A stretch of 33,072 nt of DNA, taken from positions 1-33,072 of the forward strand of contig JBMFOP010000027.1 in NCBI GenBank assembly GCA_049969675.1, given 5' to 3'. Each line of letters begins with the position of its first letter. Position 1 is the stretch's first letter. Positions 28,689-33,072 of the stretch are shown in pieces. The position numbers and the translations under genes were made by a program. The notes below the pieces were generated by a model. That model did no database searches. It had not been told where the DNA came from and saw nothing but the letters and a program-made list of their open reading frames with translations. This DNA comes from Myxococcota bacterium. GTDB lineage: Bacteria > Myxococcota > SpSt-1050.

Positions 28689-29506
28689 TGCCACTCTATA
28701 TAATTGGTACACCAATAGGGAATCTCAGTGATTTTTCAATAAGGGCAATTGATATAATCAAGGCATCTGATGTGATATTGTGTGAATCTATTGAGCGAAT
28801 AAGGGTTATACTTGAACATTTTAAAATAAGAGATAAAAAAATCATAACATACAGAGAGGAGAATAGGAAGAGGATAAATGAAGAAGTACTTCAATATCTA
28901 AAAGAAGGAAAGGTTATCTCACTCCTCTCCGATGCAGGGATGCCATCAATCTCAGACCCTGGAGGCTATCTGATAAATGCGGCTCTTGAAAATAAAATAG
29001 AGTTGCATCCAGTCCCGGGTCCAACCGCCTTTGCCACTGCCTTATCATTAAGCGGATTTGATACAAGAGAGGCGGTATTTTTAAGATTTCTACCGAGAAG
29101 AAGAGTTGAGATAGAAGAGATAATTGAATTTTATCGCACCAGGGATGCTATCTTAGTATTTTACGAATCCCCCTATCGTATCTTACATACATTAAAGATA
29201 ATCAGCGAGATAGACCCATCCTCAACCCTATTTATTGCAAGAGAGATGACAAAACAGTTTGAAGAACTCATAAGAGATACACCTGAAAATCTTATAAAGG
29301 CATTCTCAAATAGAGAGATAAAGGGAGAGATAACAGTTGTAATGAAACCCTCACCTAAAGGCTTAAAGGCTCAATATGATAGCCGATTGGTTGAAATAAT
29401 GAGAAAAGAAGGAATAAAGACCAAAAGTATTGCAAAGATTATCTCAGAATATTACAATATTCCTGCACGGAGTATTTACAATGAAATCATTCAAGAAAAA
29501 GATTAG
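28688..29506 (+). CDS. rsmI: 16S rRNA Cm1402 2'-O-methyltransferase RsmI
   Basis: TPIGNL, SDAGMPSISDPG, PGPTA, FYESPYR, REMTKQFEE, KGE; ATG overlaps the upstream TAA (TAATG). Confidence 0.95.
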   Translation: MPLYIIGTPIGNLSDFSIRAIDIIKASDVILCESIERIRVILEHFKIRDKKIITYREENRKRINEEVLQYLKEGKVISLLSDAGMPSISDPGGYLINAALENKIELHPVPGPTAFATALSLSGFDTREAVFLRFLPRRRVEIEEIIEFYRTRDAILVFYESPYRILHTLKIISEIDPSSTLFIAREMTKQFEELIRDTPENLIKAFSNREIKGEITVVMKPSPKGLKAQYDSRLVEIMRKEGIKTKSIAKIISEYYNIPARSIYNEIIQEKD

Positions 29507-31112
29507 TCTATCCTTATACATTCTTTTACTGACCACAATCGCCTGTGATGAAAAGTCCGAACCGGTATTAAACACAGAGATTAGGTTTCTATATGAGGAC
29601 TGCTCCAATAATCCGATAAAACATACAAATTCAATACCCTCCAATATAACAAGCATATTTATAACCCTTAAGAAAGAGAACAACACTGTTTTAGAGAAAA
29701 AGATTCAAAATGATGGAAAGAATAGCCCTGTTATAATTGACAATATTGAACCGTATGACAGATATAGATTGGATGTAATTGCATTTACTAAAGAGAATCA
29801 GATATGGTCTGGTTTTGCAAAAAATGTCCCTATTAAAGAGAACAGTAAGACCTTTGTCCAGATTAATCTCACAAAAGAGAAAGGGCTCACCTGCGCAGAC
29901 TATCTAAAAACCAAACGCTTTATGCACAGTTCTGTCTCTCTTCAGGACGGGAGGATACTTATCTTTGGTGGTGCAACCTCTATTGAAAGAGATTACGATA
30001 CTTATCACATTGATACAACTGATAAAGCTGAGATATTCTATTCTTACAAGATTGAATCTGCCGGGCAGATCAATACAGATATAATCGCTGGCAGTTCTAC
30101 TACACTGAGGTCCCGAATGATATCTGGAAGAATTGGATATATTTATGAAAGACTAAAAGACGGAAAGATTCTGATTGCCGGTGGAATAAATAAGGCAGAC
30201 TTAATCAAAAATCCCGAAGACTTCTTTATCTGTCTTAATTCAGACACCTCTTTCATATACGATGTGGAGATATTTGACCCAACAACAGAGAGTTTCAGGG
30301 TCATCACCAGACTTAAGACTCCATTTGCATTTGCACAATCAGCCTTAATTGGTAATAAGGTCTATATTATAGGTGGAATAAATCGCGATTTTAATTGTAA
30401 GGATAGTTCCACAGGTGGAATAAATAATACGCTTATAACTATTGATGTCGCAGATATTAATTCACCAATTGTAAATGAATCCACAACATCGGATATATAT
30501 ACTTTCTTCGCTGCAAATAAGATACAGATTGCTGAGGAGAAATATCTCTTTTACGGCGGCAATAGAGAGGATGGACTCATCCTTTCACCTGATGGAAAGA
30601 GCAAAAAAATTGACTTTACGATATCCAGCAAATTTGATGGGAAAAGACCACAGAGGGGATATTTTCCTTATGCATTCCCTATTAAAAATGGCAACCTCTA
30701 TCTCAATGTATCTGGATATGATAAATCTCTCAATGACATATATTTTATCAGAATTTCATCCGATGAAAAAATCTCTATTGAACCGGATAACATCTTAGAT
30801 GAATTGGGTTTTGGAGGGAGTTATATCACCTATGGCGATTATCTATTTCAGATAGGGGGAATTAAAAGCATACCATTTACAATTAGCAATCTATTTCTTG
30901 TAAGGAAGATTAAGCAGGACGGCTATGAGAAGGTAGATAGCAATTTATCTGGTGTAAAGAATCTTAAAAGGGAAAGGGCATTTCATTCTACCGAGCTAAT
31001 AGATGATAATAGCTTCTTGATTACCGGCGGTCTATATTTTAATTTAGCGCAGGACGCAATAGTTCTGGACCTGGCTGAGATATATAACGGAACAGATACA
31101 TCAACCAAATAA
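29481..31112 (+). CDS. Kelch-repeat beta-propeller lipoprotein
   Basis: ATG 29481 gives MKSFKKK + hydrophobic stretch + TIAC (Cys22); Kelch motifs RFMHSSVSLQDGRILIFGG, LKDGKILIAGG, NKVYIIGG, RAFHSTELIDDNSFLITGG. Overlaps the rsmI end by 26 nt. Confidence 0.85.
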   Translation: MKSFKKKISLSLYILLLTTIACDEKSEPVLNTEIRFLYEDCSNNPIKHTNSIPSNITSIFITLKKENNTVLEKKIQNDGKNSPVIIDNIEPYDRYRLDVIAFTKENQIWSGFAKNVPIKENSKTFVQINLTKEKGLTCADYLKTKRFMHSSVSLQDGRILIFGGATSIERDYDTYHIDTTDKAEIFYSYKIESAGQINTDIIAGSSTTLRSRMISGRIGYIYERLKDGKILIAGGINKADLIKNPEDFFICLNSDTSFIYDVEIFDPTTESFRVITRLKTPFAFAQSALIGNKVYIIGGINRDFNCKDSSTGGINNTLITIDVADINSPIVNESTTSDIYTFFAANKIQIAEEKYLFYGGNREDGLILSPDGKSKKIDFTISSKFDGKRPQRGYFPYAFPIKNGNLYLNVSGYDKSLNDIYFIRISSDEKISIEPDNILDELGFGGSYITYGDYLFQIGGIKSIPFTISNLFLVRKIKQDGYEKVDSNLSGVKNLKRERAFHSTELIDDNSFLITGGLYFNLAQDAIVLDLAEIYNGTDTSTK

Positions 31113-31638
31113 AATCATTACTAACTCATAAAGTTCCGATTCATTAAGATATTTATCTTAAAGTAGTTAGGTTAATACTGCTGTCCAAAAAAAAATCAGT
31201 ATAGATAAGTTGACTATTTGTAAAATAATGAATGAGTCTATACACTAATTGGCAAAATAACATTGCTACAAATTACCTCTAACAGCTGAATTCCTTTATT
31301 CCTCTGTCTGACTTTATATCCCTCACCGCCTTATAAAACCTATCCTCTGAAATATCTGTTTAATTTTATAAGCCAACCACAGAGCCGTTTTCTCTCAACT
31401 AAAAATTTATCTAAAAATACTGCATCCCCTTTTTGCAGAGGGTATCAATAAGTACAGGTGTTTTATAGGAATTGATTGTTTTAATCTACCCTGTCAGTTC
31501 TCTGGACTCTCACCACTTCTTTTTAAAACGAAAAGGCGGAGCGAAGCGTAGTCCTGTAAAGTCTCTCAATTCCGAACAGATGTGACCCGCTACATACAAG
31601 TTATAAGAGAAATCAACAAAGTAATAGAGATGGGGTTG

Positions 31639-31971
31639 TTATGTTATAATAATCTCTTTTTCAAGTTCATCAAATATCTTAGAAAATTTCAGGCCCATAC
31701 CCGGCGGGAGCTCAGGATTGTTGCTAAACTCCCTTCTCCAAATCACTTCCGAAGGAATTATATATTCCTGACCCGAAATCATAGATTTCCATCTTACCTT
31801 TACCTGCTCACCAACAGATAGAGGGGAATATGTCTTTATAAATGCCCCTCCCTTACCGATGTTGAGAAGTTCAACATACATTGTTACTGATTTACTTTCA
31901 CACCAGCATCTGTTTTTGACAGAGTACCTGATAAATTTTCTTCTCTCTTTAAACATATCTTCTATTTCCAA
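31639..31971 (-). CDS. Stand-alone PilZ-domain protein (myxobacterial TIGR02266-like); exact start uncertain
   Basis: ERRKFIR (RxxxR), NIGKGGAFI, EVIW, PGMGLKF; GGAGG SD 5 nt before TTG 31971. Confidence 0.88.
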   Translation of the reverse strand: MEIEDMFKERRKFIRYSVKNRCWCESKSVTMYVELLNIGKGGAFIKTYSPLSVGEQVKVRWKSMISGQEYIIPSEVIWRREFSNNPELPPGMGLKFSKIFDELEKEIIIT

Positions 31972-31994
31972 AATGACCTCCCCATACAAGTTAT

Positions 31995-32022
31995 ATATTA
32001 GTGATATTTGTCACAATGTCAA
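31995..32022 (-). promoter_or_regulatory. sigma70-type promoter of the PilZ gene with an embedded Rex/CRP-like palindrome
   Basis: Minus strand TTGACA (32022-32017) N16 TAATAT; the spacer is covered by TTGTGA-CAAATA-TCACTA (32016-31999). Confidence 0.6.
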
Positions 32023-32070
32023 ATTTTTATAGATTCTTCAAAATCTCAATTAGGTAAAACACCTTATTTA

Positions 32071-32105
32071 AAATAAAAAAGGCGGCTTAAGGGCCGCCTT
32101 TATTT
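32071..32105 (-). terminator. Intrinsic terminator after the Cys-rich repeat gene
   Basis: AAGGCGGC / GCCGCCTT stem (32079-32100) followed on the minus strand by a T-rich run, ~25 nt after the stop at 32126. Confidence 0.85.
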
Positions 32106-32125
32106 AACTAAACACTGATAACTTT

Positions 32126-33070
32126 TTACTTGCAGGGGTTACCTGCGTTGTTGTCGCAAACTACCAAATCATATCCCATCATCAACACATTTGAAATAGT
32201 TCCAGTTGTCGGAGTCTTGTTGCCGGTGCCAACAGCTGTGAAGTTGACATCTCCCTGTATTCCAAATGAGTGTAGTGTTGCCTTAATGGTGTTATAGGAA
32301 GAGTCAAGAAGTAGTTCATATACGACTGGTTGAATCTTCTCACCAATCTGCTGCTGACCTACAGTATGAACAGATGGGTCAACAATGATATTGTATAGAT
32401 ATGCAATCTTCTTGGTCTGCAGTTTTGAAATATCTATAATCTGCAACATCCAGAATGTTCCACTGCTATCAACTATCTCAAAGTCACCACCACACATAGT
32501 GAAGTTATAGCTGATTCCACCGAGTGAAAACTTTATACTGGCTGTTCCGGGCTGGTCCGATTGACCAGGTTGTTCACCATCTTTATATGATTTGCAGTTT
32601 GAGAATGTCCCATTGGCAATGGTAGCTACCTCAAAGCAGGCATCCTGTCCCTGCATCCAGCCGATACACTGCTGGGTTGAGGAGCATACTGACTGGTCAT
32701 TGGTGCAGTCTTTGTAGCAATTTGCGTCCTTCTGGTCCTGTCCCAATGTTACACAGGCAAGCCCTTCGCAGCAGGGATTGGTATCTATATTACATGCACC
32801 ACCCTCTGTACTCTGACAGGAGCCACCACTTTCACATTTCCATGTGGTCTTGTTGCAGGTCTCGTTTGCATTGGCACACGCTGTGCACTTCCCACCACAG
32901 CCATCATCATCACCGCAGAACTTACCATTGCAGTTCGGTGTGCAGGAACCTTCGCACTTCCATGTGGTCTGGTTGCAGGTCTGACTTGCATCCTGACACG
33001 CTGTGCACTTCCCACCACAGCCATCATCATCACCGCAGAACTTACCATTGCAGTTCGGTGTGCAGGAACC
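32126..33070 (-). CDS. Cys-rich repeat protein, probably extracytoplasmic (5' end lies outside the window)
   Basis: The frame of ORF 32126..32746 stays open to the window end: GSCTPNCNGKFCGDDDGCGGKCTACQDASQTCNQTTWKCEGSCTPNC...CCEGLACVTLGQDQKD...; two 40-aa, 8-Cys repeats, further Cys modules and a beta-rich C-terminal domain. Confidence 0.9.
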   Translation of the reverse strand, partial: GSCTPNCNGKFCGDDDGCGGKCTACQDASQTCNQTTWKCEGSCTPNCNGKFCGDDDGCGGKCTACANANETCNKTTWKCESGGSCQSTEGGACNIDTNPCCEGLACVTLGQDQKDANCYKDCTNDQSVCSSTQQCIGWMQGQDACFEVATIANGTFSNCKSYKDGEQPGQSDQPGTASIKFSLGGISYNFTMCGGDFEIVDSSGTFWMLQIIDISKLQTKKIAYLYNIIVDPSVHTVGQQQIGEKIQPVVYELLLDSSYNTIKATLHSFGIQGDVNFTAVGTGNKTPTTGTISNVLMMGYDLVVCDNNAGNPCK

Positions 33071-33072
33071 TT
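32831..33072. repeat. 120-bp tandem repeat (at least 2 copies, truncated by the window end)
   Basis: 32876-32952 is identical to 32996-33072 (77 nt); 32831-32875 versus 32951-32995 differ at 10 positions. Confidence 0.95.

Noticed and set aside
29430..29480. TTG start at 29430 for the Kelch protein
   Set aside because: ATG 29481 yields a canonical lipoprotein signal peptide and a shorter overlap with rsmI.
32785..33048. 87-aa ORF MVSSAVMMMAV...
   Set aside because: Alternative-frame shadow of the Cys-rich repeat gene.
32831..33072. Diversity-generating retroelement TR/VR pair or CRISPR array
   Set aside because: Differences between copies are not confined to adenines, no reverse transcriptase or cas gene is present, and the 120-bp units are contiguous in-frame protein repeats without spacers.

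Overview
Bacterial chromosomal window, AT-rich by eye, with several hallmarks of Myxococcota/deltaproteobacteria (the taxonomy is inference). Bases ~560-19420 (minus strand) hold a complete dcw operon: mraZ - STAS-domain gene - rsmH - ftsL - ftsI - murE - murF - mraY - murD - ftsW - murG - murC - murB - ddl - ftsQ - ftsA - ftsZ, with a sigma70-type promoter overlapped by 10-nt-phased GTGG MraZ boxes. The operon has three oddities: (i) a STAS gene lacking the phospho-serine motif between mraZ and rsmH, (ii) an ~110-aa insertion in the FtsI non-catalytic domain, and (iii) a DUF523/TudS-like gene starting 1 nt after the ftsZ stop and broken by one in-frame TAA at codon 9. The right part encodes an HExxH metallopeptidase lipoprotein, a small beta-barrel outer-membrane protein, a divergent K+-independent membrane pyrophosphatase, an overlapping zinc-ribbon/GYF/TM/TPR - rsmI - Kelch-lipoprotein unit, a PilZ protein whose promoter spacer is occupied by a Rex/CRP-like palindrome, and the 3' part of a Cys-rich repeat protein (120-bp tandem repeat) running off the window end. 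I recognised no rRNA, tRNA, CRISPR array or intact mobile element. I cannot show a clearly new multi-gene system; the best candidates are the STAS insertion in the dcw operon, the FtsI insert and the ZnR-GYF-TPR unit.
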